Assembly: GCF_006345805.1 (NCBI RefSeq)
Contig: NC_042998.1
Coordinates: 175,832,001 to 175,896,000, forward strand
DNA from: Octopus sinensis
Lineage: Eukaryota
Length of the DNA: 64,000 nucleotides
Direction: 5' to 3'
Shown in pieces: positions 12,890-25,866 of the stretch. The position numbers were made by a program, and so were the translations under genes. Every line of letters starts with the position of its first letter. Position 1 is the first letter of the stretch. The notes beneath the pieces are model-generated. The model saw nothing but the letters and a program-made list of their open reading frames with translations. It was not told the DNA's origin and ran no database searches.

Positions 12890-13298
12890 TTACGGAGATG
12901 TACTCGCATAGCAAGTGACCTGATCTGAGTTGTGTGCTGGAATGAAAACAATTGCAGCATGGAAGGTGTTTATAAGCCATTTAAGAAATGCACAAAAAAC
13001 GCTAGATTCACTTGAACATTTAAATTTAATTTGTCAAAATATTTTCGGCACTTTAAGACCGCGAGCTGTTCACTGACAAAACTTCGTGCTGCATCTCTTA
13101 GGTGTGGGTGTATATATGTATGTATTATATGTGCAGGCATGTGTGGTAAGAGATGCAGCACGAAGTTTTGTCAGTGAACAGGTCACGGTCTCAAAGCGAC
13201 GAAAATATTTTGGCAAATTAAATTTAAATGTTGAAGTGAATCTAACAGTTTTTGTGTGTTTCTTAAATGGCTTATAAGCACCTTCCATGCTGCAATTC
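12890..13298. mobile_element. Inverted pair of family A hammerhead-bearing repeats
   Basis: Arms ~12950-13100 (minus) and ~13147-13297 (plus) are reverse complements, with a ~46-nt spacer. Confidence 0.8.
13167..13217 (+). ncRNA. Minimal type-I hammerhead ribozyme-like motif, G3-C8 variant
   Basis: TTTGTCA GTGAACA G GTCAC-GGTCTCAAA-GCGAC GAAA ATAT TT TGGCAAA: stem I, core, stem II, GAAA, palindromic loop III, UH site. Folded by eye. Confidence 0.6.
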
Positions 13299-13332
13299 AT
13301 CATCGTCGTCATTTAACGTCGTTTATATATAT

Positions 13333-13391
<59 letters not shown>

Positions 13392-13393
<2 letters not shown>

Positions 13394-13620
13394 CTGCCAG
13401 TACCGCCTGACTGGCCCTCGTGACGGTGGCATGAAAAAGCACCCACTACACTCTCGGAGTGGTTGACGTTAGCAAGGGCATCAAGCTGTAGAAACTCTGC
13501 CAGAGATCAGATTGGAGCCTGGTGCAGCCATCTGGTTTGCCAGACCTCAGTCAAATCATCCAACCCATGTCAAATTGTCCAGTATGGAAAGCGGATGTTA
13601 AACGATGATGATGATGATGA
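13392..13620 (+). mobile_element. RTE LINE 3' end
   Basis: Same 3' sequence and (GAT)n tail, plus strand. Confidence 0.8.
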
Positions 13621-13658
13621 TATATATATATATATATTATTATCATTATTATTATTAA

Positions 13659-13700
<42 letters not shown>

Positions 13701-14357
13701 GGTGGCTAGTCACTATCTAAATTTCTCTCTCCCCTAAATTTGTGACATAATGTTTATGTTAGAAAATATTTTCCTTACTAGCATTTCTGCCATCATCATC
13801 ACCATCACTATTCTCTCTATCGTTAGGATGGGCATCCAGTTGTAGAAGCCATGCCAAATTAGATTGGAATCTGGTGCAGCTTCCAGCTTAATAGTTTCAG
13901 TCAAACTGTTTAACCCATGCCAGCATGAAAAACAGATGTTAAATGGTGATGGTGATGATCACACACATACACATATGACAGGCTTCTTTCAGTTTCTGTC
14001 TCAAATTCACTCGGTATAATAAAAAACACTTGTCCAATGTGCTGCACGTTGTGACTGAACCTGAAATGATTTGGCTGCAAGCAAATATCTTAATCACACA
14101 GCCATGCCTGTGCCATGTATGCAACAAAATATGAAGTTGATATTTCGGAGTATAAATTGTGTGGTGCTAAATATTTTAGTGATTGCTGTTAGGCTTCCAT
14201 AAATTCAAGAAAGTGGGAATTGGCAATAAAGTAGAACTACTTCACTTCACAGAGTTAATTCTTGCGAAAGCTTGCCACTTTCCTCATCTCATCTCTCTCT
14301 CTCAACATACACACCCAGCTTAATGGCATAATATATGTAAACAGCCCACTTATGAGT

Positions 14358-14912
14358 ACCCCTCATTCATTGGACAATAAACCCTGCTTGCAAAGATCAA
14401 TTGAGGCAAGTGAAATCAAATCAAAATCACTGACGTGGCTGATGACAGTACTGCCTGATTGGCACTCATGCCAGTAGAACATTAAAAGCACTTCTGAGCA
14501 TGATCGTTGCCAGGGCCATGGATTGGCTCCTGTGCCGGTGGCATGTAAAAAGCACCATTCGACCGTGATCGTTGCCAGCATTGCCTTATTGGCACATGTG
14601 CTGATGGCACGTGAAAAACAACATTTGAGTGTGGTCATTGCCAGTGCCACCAGACTGGCTCCCGTGCAGGTAGCACGTAAAAAACACCTTTTGAGCATGG
14701 TCGTTGCCAGAACCGCCTGATAGGTCCTCATGCCAGTGGCATGTAAAAGCACCCACTACACCCTCGGAGTGGTTAGCGTTAAGAATGGCATCCAGCTGTT
14801 GAAACTTTGCCAGATCAGATTGGAGCCCGGTGCAGCCTTCTGGCTTACCAGTCCTCATTCAAACCGTCCAACCCATGCCAGCATGGAAAGCAGACGTTAA
14901 ACGACAATGATG
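14358..14912 (+). mobile_element. RTE LINE 3' UTR with subrepeat array
   Basis: Repeated GTGCC..GGCAC units, terminal CCCATGCCAGCATGGAAAGCAGACGTTAAACGA and tail. Confidence 0.82.
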
Positions 14913-16693
14913 ATAATAATGATTTATATATATATATATATATATACAGTTGAAACACTCCTGTCACAACCTGGGACCTTGAAGACTGCTTTAATGCAAG
15001 AAAGTATACTAGTCCCTTAATATTTTATATTCAATATTTCATCTATTCAATAAGACGATCAATACTTCATTTCATTTTACTATATATATATATTATTTAT
15101 ACTATATATTCTATATTCTACATTAATATTATAAAGAATGAAAATAAAACATAAAAAACAGAGTTGGAATTTCTTTGAATAATATATATCCCTCTATACA
15201 CAATCATACAAACACCTTTATACACACACATACATATTATATACTCAAGTGTGTGCATATAGTGAAGAGTCCAAACAATGCTACCTACATCCTGTCTGTG
15301 ATTTTTATCTCTGTTTAGTATTATTTAGTGCTGGAAATAAACAGTTGACGTAACACACAAAAAATATTATATATGGTTGCATGTTTCCCAACAGTGGTAT
15401 CTCACTGCTGTAGTGTTACAAAAATGCTGAATGACATTACATCAAAGATAACTGATACTGCTATGCCAGATCATCAAAATTTAGCATATCTCCTCTTTAA
15501 TCTATTTTAGACTCCATGCCTTTATAAGAAACAATTATAGTCAAGGTCTTATATGGCATGATATTTTATCAACACAGAGTATTAATCTCTTAAATTTGCA
15601 TTAATGTGATAGCTTCTACAGGTTAACCTAGATAAAACCTGGTTGAAGAGAATTATGATCAAAGATTATCTAGCTGGTGTCATCCCCCACTTCATTTTTT
15701 TAAAGATAGTAGGATCAGATAAAAGAGGAATTTAGCTGCTATTTGTAGCAGACTGAGTGACTTTGTAGAGGCCTCCTCATTGGCTTCGGCACATATAGTT
15801 TTTACTCTCCTGTGCAACATTACTTTTGGAATAAGGAGTGAAGTAACTGAGTACAGTGAATATTCATTCATTCATTCATCATCATCAGCAGCAGCAGCAA
15901 CATCACCAACACCACCATCATATTCACCAATACAAGGTAGCTTTTAAAGGGTCATTTGATCTGCCAGAAATAGCTGCTACATCTTACCATCTTGAAAAAG
16001 AAAGTATGCATCAGACAATGCACTATTTCCGAAAACAAGGCAGAGTGGTGGTCAAAGCTGGAATGCCTTTTGATCATAGATTTCCTAAATCAAGGCTAAA
16101 CTTAATCTAAACAATATGATCACCACCACTCACTCAACCTCCTCCTCCTCTTCCGCCCACCACAACCACTGCTGCCACCACCACTACCACCACCCAATAT
16201 ATCAATCATTCATTTTCCCCATCCATTGAGTTGAGGTTTCTATTGACAATAAATCTTGAGGCTTTCTTCTTTCAGTTGTTTCTTTATGAAGCTCTTTCTC
16301 TGCTGTATTGATTACTTCCGATTGATATATTTTACAGGCTTAAACAACCACATCAGTGTTATCCAATAGTTTGTTATGAATTACGTAATATATAGCAATC
16401 CCTCCAAACCTTTTTTTTTTGTTATTAGGGTTTTATGTGAAATAATTCAACCTTGTATTTAGAGGAGAGCATGTGGAATATCGATAAATTCAGTTTCCTC
16501 TCCTACTTTACTCCACACAGAACAGGCCTACAACACCTTCATCTTTCTCTATTCTCCACTGATGAGCAAGAGCTGGAAATGGTTGATTTTTTTCATTCTT
16601 CTCCTCTTGCCAACTGTATTTACTGATATCCTTTGAACTCCTTTTAATCAATTACTACTGATGCCCACTCTCCCTCGTTTCCTTAGATTGTAC

Positions 16694-16768
<75 letters not shown>

Positions 16769-16769
<1 letters not shown>

Positions 16770-17158
16770 GGTGCAGGCATGGCTGAGTGGTAAGAAGCTT
16801 GCTTCCCAACCACATGGTTCCAGGTTCAGTCCCATTGCGTGTCACCCTGGGTAAGTGTCTTCTACTACAGCCTTGGGCTGACCAAAGCCTTGTGGGTGGA
16901 TTTGGTAGACAGAAACTGAAAGAAGCCCTTTGTATATGTGTATGTGTCTTTGTGTTTGTTCCCACTGCTTGACAGCTGGTGATGGTGTGCTTACGTCCCT
17001 ATAACTTGGCAGTTCAGCAAAAGTGATTAGTAGAACAAGTACCACGCTTTTAAGAAGTAAGTAGTGGTGGGGTGGTGCGATTAATACATTCGACTAAAAA
17101 TTCTTTAAGGCATGGCCCCTGCATGGCCAGTCTAATGATTGAAATAAGTAAAAGAAAA
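16769..17158 (+). mobile_element. tRNA-headed SINE family 2 (CORE-like) with LINE-like tail
   Basis: A box TGGCTGAGTGG, B box GGTTCAGTCCC, CORE-like ACCTTGGGCAAGTGTCTT, internal (GT)n, tail. Other copies at ~21953-22320, 29935-30358, 39850-40220, 46612-46905, 47135-47420. Confidence 0.8.
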
Positions 17159-17177
17159 GAGATATATATTATATATA

Positions 17178-17559
17178 CGGTGATACCTTGCAGTAGAAGT
17201 TTAATTTGTTCCACAACCAAGCTCGTCTTACAATTTACTCATTTCATAAATCAATATTTCCCATTAAAATTAGCTAAAATATAATTAATCAGTTCCAGCC
17301 CCCTAAAACCATTGAAAAATATTTTTTTATGGATTTAAAAATAAAGGTGTAGTAGTTACAAGTAAAGTGATAATTATAAAAAAGAGAATGCAAAAGAAAT
17401 ATGTAAACTAGTTTTATTAACTGAAGTACCTTAAAGACGAGATGATTTGTGTGCTTGTACTGTGGATTTCCGCTCATACTTCAAGACAAAAATTGGCACG
17501 TGTCTTGGCTCGTACAGCAAATTACTCATACAATGCTACATTCGTACTGTGAGGTTCTA

Positions 17560-17562
<3 letters not shown>
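17178..17562. mobile_element. Tigger/pogo-type MITE
   Basis: TA-flanked imperfect TIRs: CGGTGATACCTTGCAGTAGAA ... TTCGTACTGTGAGGTTCTACTG; AT-rich non-coding interior. Confidence 0.6.
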
Positions 17563-17602
<40 letters not shown>

Positions 17603-17603
17603 T

Positions 17604-18080
17604 TATCATCATCATCATCATCGTTAATCATCTGCTTTCCATGCTAGCATGGGTTGGACAATTTAACTGAGGTCTGGCGAACCAGATGGCTGCACCAGAC
17701 TCCAATCTGATCTGGCAGAGTTTCTACGGCTGGATGCCCTTCCTAACGCCAACCACTCCGATAGTGTAGTGGGTGCTTTTACGTGCCACTGGCATGAGGG
17801 CCAGTCAGGCAGTACTGGCAACGGCCACGCTCAAGGGGTGTTTTTTACATGCGACCTGCACAGGAGCCAGTCCAGCAGCACTGGCAACAACCTTGCTCAA
17901 ATGTTTTTTCATGAGCTACCCGCACAAGTGCCAGTAATGCAACACTGGTAACGATCACGCTCAAATGGTACTTTTTACGTGCCACCAGCACAGAAGCCAG
18001 TTAGCTGCTCTGGCAATGATCACACTCGGATTTTTGATGTGCACTAAGGCATGACATTTAATTTTGCATTGCCTCAGCCT
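17604..18080 (-). mobile_element. RTE LINE 3' UTR with subrepeat array
   Basis: Same family as 57975-58627; a further diverged copy lies at 18217-18545. Confidence 0.82.
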
Positions 18081-18981
18081 ACCTAACCCAGAGATAAGTA
18101 CAGGACAGGCTTTAGTAAGATAGGGAGTAAATTACCTGTGATAGCCAAACATCCCGTCCAAGGGATCTTTATCTCGTGTTCTCTTAATATCAGAGGATCT
18201 CGAGTTTTGTTGCTGACATCATCATCATCATCATCATCACCATCACCATCATCATCATCATCATCATCATCATTTAACACCCGTTTTCCATGCTGGCATG
18301 GGTTAGACGGTTTGACTGGAACTGGTAAACTGGAAAGATGCACCAAGTGGCATGGTGTGTATGGTTAGATGCCCTTCCTAATGCCAACCACTCCAAGAGT
18401 GTGACGGGTGCTTTTTATGTGCCAATGGTATGGGTGCTTATATGTGCCACTGGCACAGATGCCAGTTATGTGACACCAGTATTGGCCACAATTATGATTT
18501 CACAAGGCTTGACGAGTCTCCTCAAGCATGGTATATTGTCAAAAAAATAGCTTGGTCAGAAGAAGAAAGGAATCAACCATGGTTCTTCTCAGAATATCTG
18601 AGACTGATTGGAGGAAAAGAAGAATTGATCCACAGATCAGAGAACTTGTCTGGAGGCTTGCAACAGAGTGGGTTCCACAAATAACTCAAGTATCAGATTG
18701 TGGTATTAAACTTGAGAGATAGATTAAATTCTACTATCCAATAACAAAAATGGTCTCTCTAACAGACTCCCAGTCAGTTTCAAGCTACCAAGTTTCACTT
18801 ATGAAGATTTGGTTGATCTGAGGCTGGAGTGGAAGACACTTGTTCAAGGTACTACACAGAAGGATTGTACTCAAAGCTATTTGGATGTAAAGCAATTTTT
18901 TTTAGCTGCAAAGACATGCCTGCAGAATGATTAACTTAATATTGGCATCTTGTATGATAATAAATCAAATGATAAGCTTAC

Positions 18982-19136
18982 CTATGTCTGCATAGTTCTT
19001 TCTGGCTTCTTCATCCCAAAAGAGTCCATTCTTTAGAGTGTATGGTGTGTACTGGGTAAAGAGTAAGACAACATGAGAGCCAGGGGGAGAAATAGTTGAA
19101 TCAACACTGGATGGAATCACCATTTCAATGACTGGC
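18982..19136 (-). CDS. PYROXD2: PYROXD2-like exon 13
   Basis: [51 protein letters not shown](V); 155 nt. Confidence 0.95.
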
Positions 19137-19224
19137 CTTTCAAAAAATAAAAAAGAAGAAACGAAAAAGAAAAGGCTTATAAAATCAAAAATTATATATG
19201 TATATATGTATGTATATATATATA

Positions 19225-19608
19225 CTGGGAAGCACTCCGTCGGTTACGACGATGAGGGTTCTGGTTGATCCGAATCAACGGAACAGCCTGCTTGTGAAAT
19301 TAACGTGTAAGTGGCTGAGCACTCCACAGACACGTGTACCCTTAACGTAGTTCTCGGGGATATTCAGCGTGACACAGAGAGTGACAAGGCCGGCCCTTTG
19401 AAATACAGGTACAACAGAAACAGGAAGTAAGAGTGAGAGAAAGTTGTGGTGAAAGAGTACAGCAGGGATCACCACCATCCCCTGCCGGAGCCTCGTGGAG
19501 CTTCAGGTGTTTTCGCTCAATAAACACTCACAACGCCCGGTCTGGGAATCGAAACCGCGGTCCTATGACCGCGAGTCCGCTGCCCTAGCCACTGGGCCAT
19601 TGCGCCTC

Positions 19609-19611
<3 letters not shown>
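19225..19611 (-). mobile_element. tRNA-headed SINE family 3, full length
   Basis: Head GTGGAGGCGCAATGGCCCAGTGG (A box) ... GGTTTCGATTCCC (B box); CpG-rich, inserted in (AT)n; head shared with 61131-61415 and tail with 30625-30790. Confidence 0.8.
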
Positions 19612-19646
<35 letters not shown>

Positions 19647-20539
19647 TCAGTAGAATATCAGGTAAAATTATTATATTTGATGGCTGTGTGAAGAAGTTTA
19701 CTTCCCAACCACATGGTTTTGAGTTCAGTCCCACTGTATGGCATCCTCAACAAGTCTTCTACTATAGCCCTTGGCTGACCAATGTCTTGTAAATGGATTT
19801 GGTGGACGGAGACTGAAGATCATTGTGTATATACATAAACTAATAACACCTTTGTTGAAACTTGCTCCTCTTGTGTTAGTTTTTTTTTTGTTTTTGCTCA
19901 TTCACCATATATATGTATGTGTGTGTGTCTGTCTGTCTGTGTGTACTTGTCTTGGCATCATGGGATAGTTGTAAACATATGTCACTGTCATACAAACAAG
20001 GTCCTTTGTTTCTGGTCTTCCATAAAAGCATGGTCCTGCCACATATTACCTTACCTGGAAACAGGTGAAGGTTCCTGATAGGAAGGGCATCCGGCCAGAG
20101 AAAACCTGCCTCAAAGAATTCCATCTGACCCATGCAGGTGCGGAAAAGTGGACAAGAAAATGATGGTGATGATGGCTTATAAGGCAAACATTTTACCTAA
20201 AAATGTCCGAGAAAATCAGTCTTTATCTTATAAACATACAGTCAAGGTTTGGTTTATGGGTGGTTCAAAAAAAGGCTGCTAATTCAAGCTCATGTATTTT
20301 ATAAGCCATCAACTGCAGTCATTTTTAAATGTCAGAAGAATTTGATCTTGTTACTGCAGATTACCTAATTATTTGTTAAATCTCTTTAGTTTGGTATTGT
20401 ATACAGGATTTTCTCTTAAAATTTGTTTTTCTATTACTACTGCTATGTGTGTGCTTGGATAAGATGTGGATGTCAAGTTGACCCAAGTTGCCTCTATGGC
20501 GGTCTTTGGCATGTTGGTAGAGTATAGAGGACTGTTTTT

Positions 20540-21160
20540 TGTCACTGGTAATGATCACGCTTGAATGGTGCTTTTTACGTGCCACCAGCACGAAAGCCAG
20601 TTAGCCACTCTGGCAACAATCACGCTTGGATGGTGCTTTTAGTGCTCCACTAGCATGGATACCAGTCATCAAATTTGACTTCGATTTTGATTGCCTCAAC
20701 AGGTCTTTGCAAGCAGAGTTTAGTGCCCAATGAAGGAAAGGTATGCATAAGTGGTCTGGTTACACTCCTGGCATAGGCCATGAGGTTATGGTCTCATTTG
20801 GCTTTCCGGGTCTTCTCAAGCACAGCATATTTCCAAAGATCCCGGTCACTAGTCATTGCCTCAGTGAGGCCCAATGTTTGAAGGTCATGCTTCACTACTT
20901 CATCCCAGGTCTCCCTGGGTCTGCCTCTTCCACAGGTTCCCTCAACCGCTAGGGTGTGGCACTTTTCCCACAGCTATCCACATCCATTCTTGCCACACGG
21001 CCATACCAGTGCAGTTGTCTCTCTTGCACACCACATCTGATGCTTCTTAGGTCCAACTTTTCTCTCAAGATACTTACAATCTGTTGAGTATGCACACTGA
21101 CATTACACATCCATCGGAGCATACTGGCTTCATTCTTTGCAAGCTTACGCATATCAAGCT
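20540..21160 (-). mobile_element. RTE LINE fragment (ORF C-terminus plus part of 3' UTR)
   Basis: MRKLAKNEASMLRWMCNVSV..LREKLDLRSIRCGVQERQLHWYGRVARM, matching 58628-59002. Confidence 0.88.
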
Positions 21161-22365
21161 TACCAAACCTTGTGTGAATTTTGTATACGGAAATTGAAAG
21201 CTTGTTGTATGTATGTGTATATTTGTGTGTGTGTGTTTGTGTGTCTGTATGCAACACCATCGTCTGACAACCAATGTTGCTGTGTTTACATGCCCATAAC
21301 TTAGCAGTTCTGTAAAAGACACTGATTGAATAAGTACTAGGCTTAGAAATAAATCTTAGCGTTGATTTGTTTGACTAAAGACAGTGTTCCAACATGACCA
21401 CAGTCACATGATTGAAACAAGTAAAACAATAAAAGACTAATCCATTTTAATCCCAAGCAATGTCAGGTATCTCTGCTAGTTTATATATAAAACACTACAA
21501 TTAGCCGTCATTTTTGACAGCACAGGGCCAGCTAGTTACTAACATAAACACTATGTCAACAAATTTAGTGGAGGAAGAGGTGGAGGAGCCAGTCAATTAA
21601 ATTGATATTAGTACTTTACTGGTATTCTATTTTAATGAAGGAAATTCTATTTTTGAAGGAAGAAAGACAGAGATGACCTCTGTAAGATTTGAACTTAAAA
21701 AGGAGAGGGCTGTAAGCCATTTTGTCTGATGCCCTAAAAATTCTATTAAGTAGTTAATACTTTTAGTGATGAGAACACTGATGATGGCAGTGGTCATGGT
21801 GAGGAAAATAATGATGCTAATGAGGACTGTAGTATGATGATGATTAGGAGAAAGAATGAGATATGATGCTGATACTGATATAATATTAACAAACAATAGT
21901 ATATAACTGTTAACTTAAAATATATATAATAACAACAGCAATGACAACAGCTAGGTGCAGACATGGTTTTGTGATTAAGAAGCTAGCTCCTCAACCATGT
22001 AGTTTCAGGTTCAGTCCTACTGTGTGGCACCTTGGACAAGTGTCTTCTACTTTAACCTCAGGCTGACCAATGTCTGTGAGTGAATTTAGTTGAGGGAAAC
22101 AATGGAAATATGTTGTATATGTAAATATATGTGTGTGTGTCTTGCATTTGTATTTGCCTCCACATCACCTGATAACAGGTGTTGGGGTGTTTATGTCCCT
22201 ATAACTTAGCAGTTTGACAAACTGATAGAATAAGTATTGGGGTCGATTTGTTTGACTAAATCATTCAAGGCAGTGCTCCAGCATAGCCACAGTTCAATGA
22301 CTAAAAAAAGTATAAGATAGTAAGGACTAAGCAACAAAGGTTCGAAAGTTGAAATTCTTTATTAC

Positions 22366-22522
22366 TTGCGTGAAGGATACCCATTTTGTGCATCTAGATA
22401 AGCTTGATGAATTAAATCAGTGTGTTCACAGTTTAAATGGATGGTACACTGGTGATGTGGCATTGGTGTGTTCTTCTTGGTGTTTGGATCAGCAGTAAAG
22501 TTGGGCAGCTCTTTCACAGCGA
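22366..22522 (-). CDS. PYROXD2: PYROXD2-like exon 12
   Basis: AVKELPNFTADPNTKKNTPMPHHQCTIHLNCEHTDLIHQAYLDAQNGYPSR(K); 157 nt; lies within track ORF 22362..22574. Confidence 0.95.
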
Positions 22523-22737
22523 CTAAAATTACATGTTGGTATTTGGAAGGAAAAAAAAAAATCTCAATTAGCAAATTTTATGACTTTAAATAAATTATTT
22601 ATTCAATTATTTGACTTTATTTCTAAACATCAGATCCACTACCACTCCTCTCAAATAAGTTAGCTTTTCAAAGTTTTAATTTTATTTGATTGCTTTGTTG
22701 TTACACTGCTAAACCTCAATATAATTTACATTGTTAA

Positions 22738-22981
22738 ATATGGCACATAAAAGGCACCATTTGAGCATGGCCGCCGCCAGTACCGACTGACTGGCCTTCA
22801 TGCCAGTGGCACGTAAAAGCACCCACTACACTCTCGGAGTGGTTGGCGTGAGGAAGGGCATCCAGCTGTAGTCCAACTGTAATCCAGATTGGAGTCTGGT
22901 GCAGCCATCTGGTTCGCTAGACCTCAGTCAAATCGTCCGACCCATGCTAGCATGGAAAGCTGACGTTAAACGATGATGATG
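22738..22981 (+). mobile_element. RTE LINE 3' end
   Basis: Family 3' sequence with (GAT)n tail. Confidence 0.8.
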
Positions 22982-23727
22982 GGTAATCAAAAGATTGAGA
23001 GAGACTGTTACATTCCTGTCATTAATAGGGAACTGTTGCAAGTGTTATGCATTACATAAACTGGCTAATTGCCTAAGGCATTAAAATCAGGGTCCTCCCA
23101 CATCAAGTAACCTACTCAAAATTTCTTAATACAGTTTGAAACATGAATGAAAGGAAGTGAGGTCATTCTTGGAACAAAGAAGAAAGGACATGGGTAAGTG
23201 GCAAGGCAGGGTGAGAGGTCTATGCGGTGTTATGACCTACCACATGATTCAACATGAAATATTTCAGATTTTACTCAGTGAAAATTTACTTATAGATTAC
23301 TTGTTTGCAATTAATTAATTTTCTGACTGTATTTTCCAACTGGTGTGAAGGGAGAAATAGCTGAAGGATGTTCAGGGGTAAAATTGGAGACTCTTATTGT
23401 AGGATTGGGAGAAGCAGGTTACACTTTGTTGGACTGGAAGAAGGTCATGTAATTTGTAGGGATGGGTTAAGGGTGCTGAATATTTGGCCCCAGCCTGGTT
23501 CTTTTCTTACATGTTATTTTCAGAATTATGTTATTCTGTATATTCAGCCATTTTAAAAATGGTATGGAAAAGTTTAGAGGAGATTTGGCTATCATTTCTA
23601 GCAAAATGAGCAGCCACATACAAACTGCCAGTCTTCCTCAAAACATCTTGCCTGTAGACACATGTGCAGAAAACTAATTTTTATTATAAATAAATAAATA
23701 TAAAAGAAAGCACAATTTTTTTCTTAC

Positions 23728-23800
23728 CATTGATCTTTGTCACTGGTGAAGTATAATCTATCACTTCTATTTCTTTGGTAAGGTCACTGGATAAGGTTCC
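23728..23800 (-). CDS. PYROXD2: PYROXD2-like exon 11
   Basis: GTLSSDLTKEIEVIDYTSPVTKIN(V); 73 nt. Confidence 0.93.
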
Positions 23801-24749
23801 CTGAAATATTGCAAATTAGAAGCTTGACTTCATATAAGAAAGTACTTCTACCCTTACTGTAAATCAGTTTTAGATTTCTAACATCTAAAAATAAGATAGT
23901 AGAAGGAAGATGACCAGTGATGATGATGTTTGCAGGACCTATGAAAACCGTAGATATTAGGTTTGTTTGTAGCAAAAACATAGGCAAAGAAATAATTCTA
24001 GAGGAATGTAGTTTTAGAAAAGATGGATTGGGAAAGTAGGAAAGATTTTGATTAGTAACATTCAGATCAAACCACAAAGGTGTCATAATTTTGCCTTTAT
24101 TTAGCTTTTTATTTATATTTGGTGTGGTTAGGGCTGTAAGTTCTCTCAAGATTAATTCATATTCTCTATGATGTTCTGTAAATTTCTTCAGAAATTACTT
24201 TGTAATGGCTATTAAACTCTACTGGAAAACAATGTTGATAATTCTGTCAACATTATGTTGATCTGTTGTTCAAACCAGCAAACTGGCAGAATTGTTAGCA
24301 TGCTGGGCAAAATGCTTTACGTTTTGGGTTCAAATTCTGCCGAGGCCAACTTTGCCTTTTGTCTGTTCGGGGTAGATAAATTAAGAACCAGTCAAGTACT
24401 GGGGTTGATCTGATTGACTATCCCACTCCCTACAAATTCCAGGCATTGTGCCTACTGTAGAAAGGATTATATTGATCTCTTGTGAGTTAAATATATTATT
24501 TACTTGACAGTTACCAGATGAAGTGGAGTACTATTTACATAAATGGGATCCTGTTGCTATATACGCACTCACACATATGTACACATACACACACGCTAGC
24601 TCACATTCAACAGATTGCCAATCATTAAACTGATTGGCAATGATGCACTCACCTACATGCAGCAACAACTTACACACAAATAGGGTTTCTGCTCTCCTTC
24701 TATTGCTACTACAATGGCTTCTTTTCTGAACTCTATGCCCCATACCCTC

Positions 24750-24750
24750 T

Positions 24751-24803
<53 letters not shown>

Positions 24804-25095
24804 AATTATTGTATACAGTGCTCAGGTGCACCACAACTTGTCAAAAGTGCATATAAAGCGTATGCAGTAATGTACAAATGTCTGGAAAGTGAACAGTGTA
24901 TGAGTCAGATACATGCTTGCGTGTGTATGGAGTGGAGAAAATCAGGTGTAGTGTTGGCGAATCTCAGGAAGCATAGAAGTTTTGAAGGATGCAGTGCTCC
25001 GACAACTAACAACTGATGCCGGCAGTTTGTTCCATGCTTCAGCAACTCTTAGCGTGAAAAAATGTTTCTGAAAGTCATGGGGAAGATCTTATAGT
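24750..25095 (-). mobile_element. CR1-like LINE 3' end with (ATT)n tail
   Basis: HDFQKHFFTLRVAEAWNKLPASVV; TCTTATA at both ends (possible TSD); near-identical to 27100-27410. Confidence 0.8.
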
Positions 25096-25373
25096 TCATT
25101 CATCTTTTTTCTTCCTAAAACCTCCATTGATTCTCACCTCACAGGCTCTGAATTAGTCTCAGAGAAGGAAGAGTTAGCCAGTGTACTACAGTTTTCAAGA
25201 CCTGTTTCAACTAAATAATCTTTCCATTGCTTACAACAAGGAATTGTACTATTCTTTAAAACCTATTTACATCTAGATGAACTGGATTCTTGACAGTTGT
25301 ATTTTGGTCAAATACTTAGTGTAGAACCAGTGCACAACACCTTTATTAGAACTTATTGTACCTCACCCCAAAC

Positions 25374-25475
25374 ACATCTTACTATATCACATCAACAACC
25401 TTATTATATCACATCAAACATCTTGCTGTAACACATCAAACATCTTGTTATATCACATCAAACATCTTGCTATAG
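25374..25475. repeat. Degenerate ~21-nt minisatellite (ACATCTTGxTATATCACATCAA-like)
   Basis: About 4-5 tandem units seen directly. Confidence 0.7.
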
Positions 25476-25734
25476 GACTGTATCTCACATACTTAAGTAA
25501 TAACTTGCATCAAAACACATTTTACTGCCTCATCACCGAACACACCTTGCTATGCTGTGCCTAAAGCACATTTATGCCCTCCTCAAACATAATAAACTAT
25601 GTCTGAAGCAGGACAGATTTCTGAAAATTGGTTTAATTATGCCATAACTCTAAACAAGAAAAAAGAGAAAATGCATTAAGGAAATGGAAATGGCAAATAA
25701 GTACAAATAATTAACTAATTAAAAAAATACTAAC

Positions 25735-25866
25735 TTTTGGAAGAAGATCCAAAAATGTAACTTTAGGAGTGGCATTGGACAATACTGCTCGAGCAATTAC
25801 TTCAGTACCGTCTTCTAGAACAACACCTCTAGCTCTGTTGTTCTCTATCAGAATGGTGCTGACAGG
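25735..25866 (-). CDS. PYROXD2: PYROXD2-like exon 10
   Basis: PVSTILIENNRARGVVLEDGTEVIARAVLSNATPKVTFLDLLPK; 132 nt. Confidence 0.95.

Noticed and set aside
16555-16595. CTGATGAGCAAGAGCTGGAAATGGTT hammerhead-like string
   Set aside because: Stem II is only 2 bp and there is no convincing stem I; at most a heavily decayed relic.
19530-19611. tRNA gene
   Set aside because: A and B boxes are present but there is no closed acceptor stem, and the sequence continues into a SINE body.
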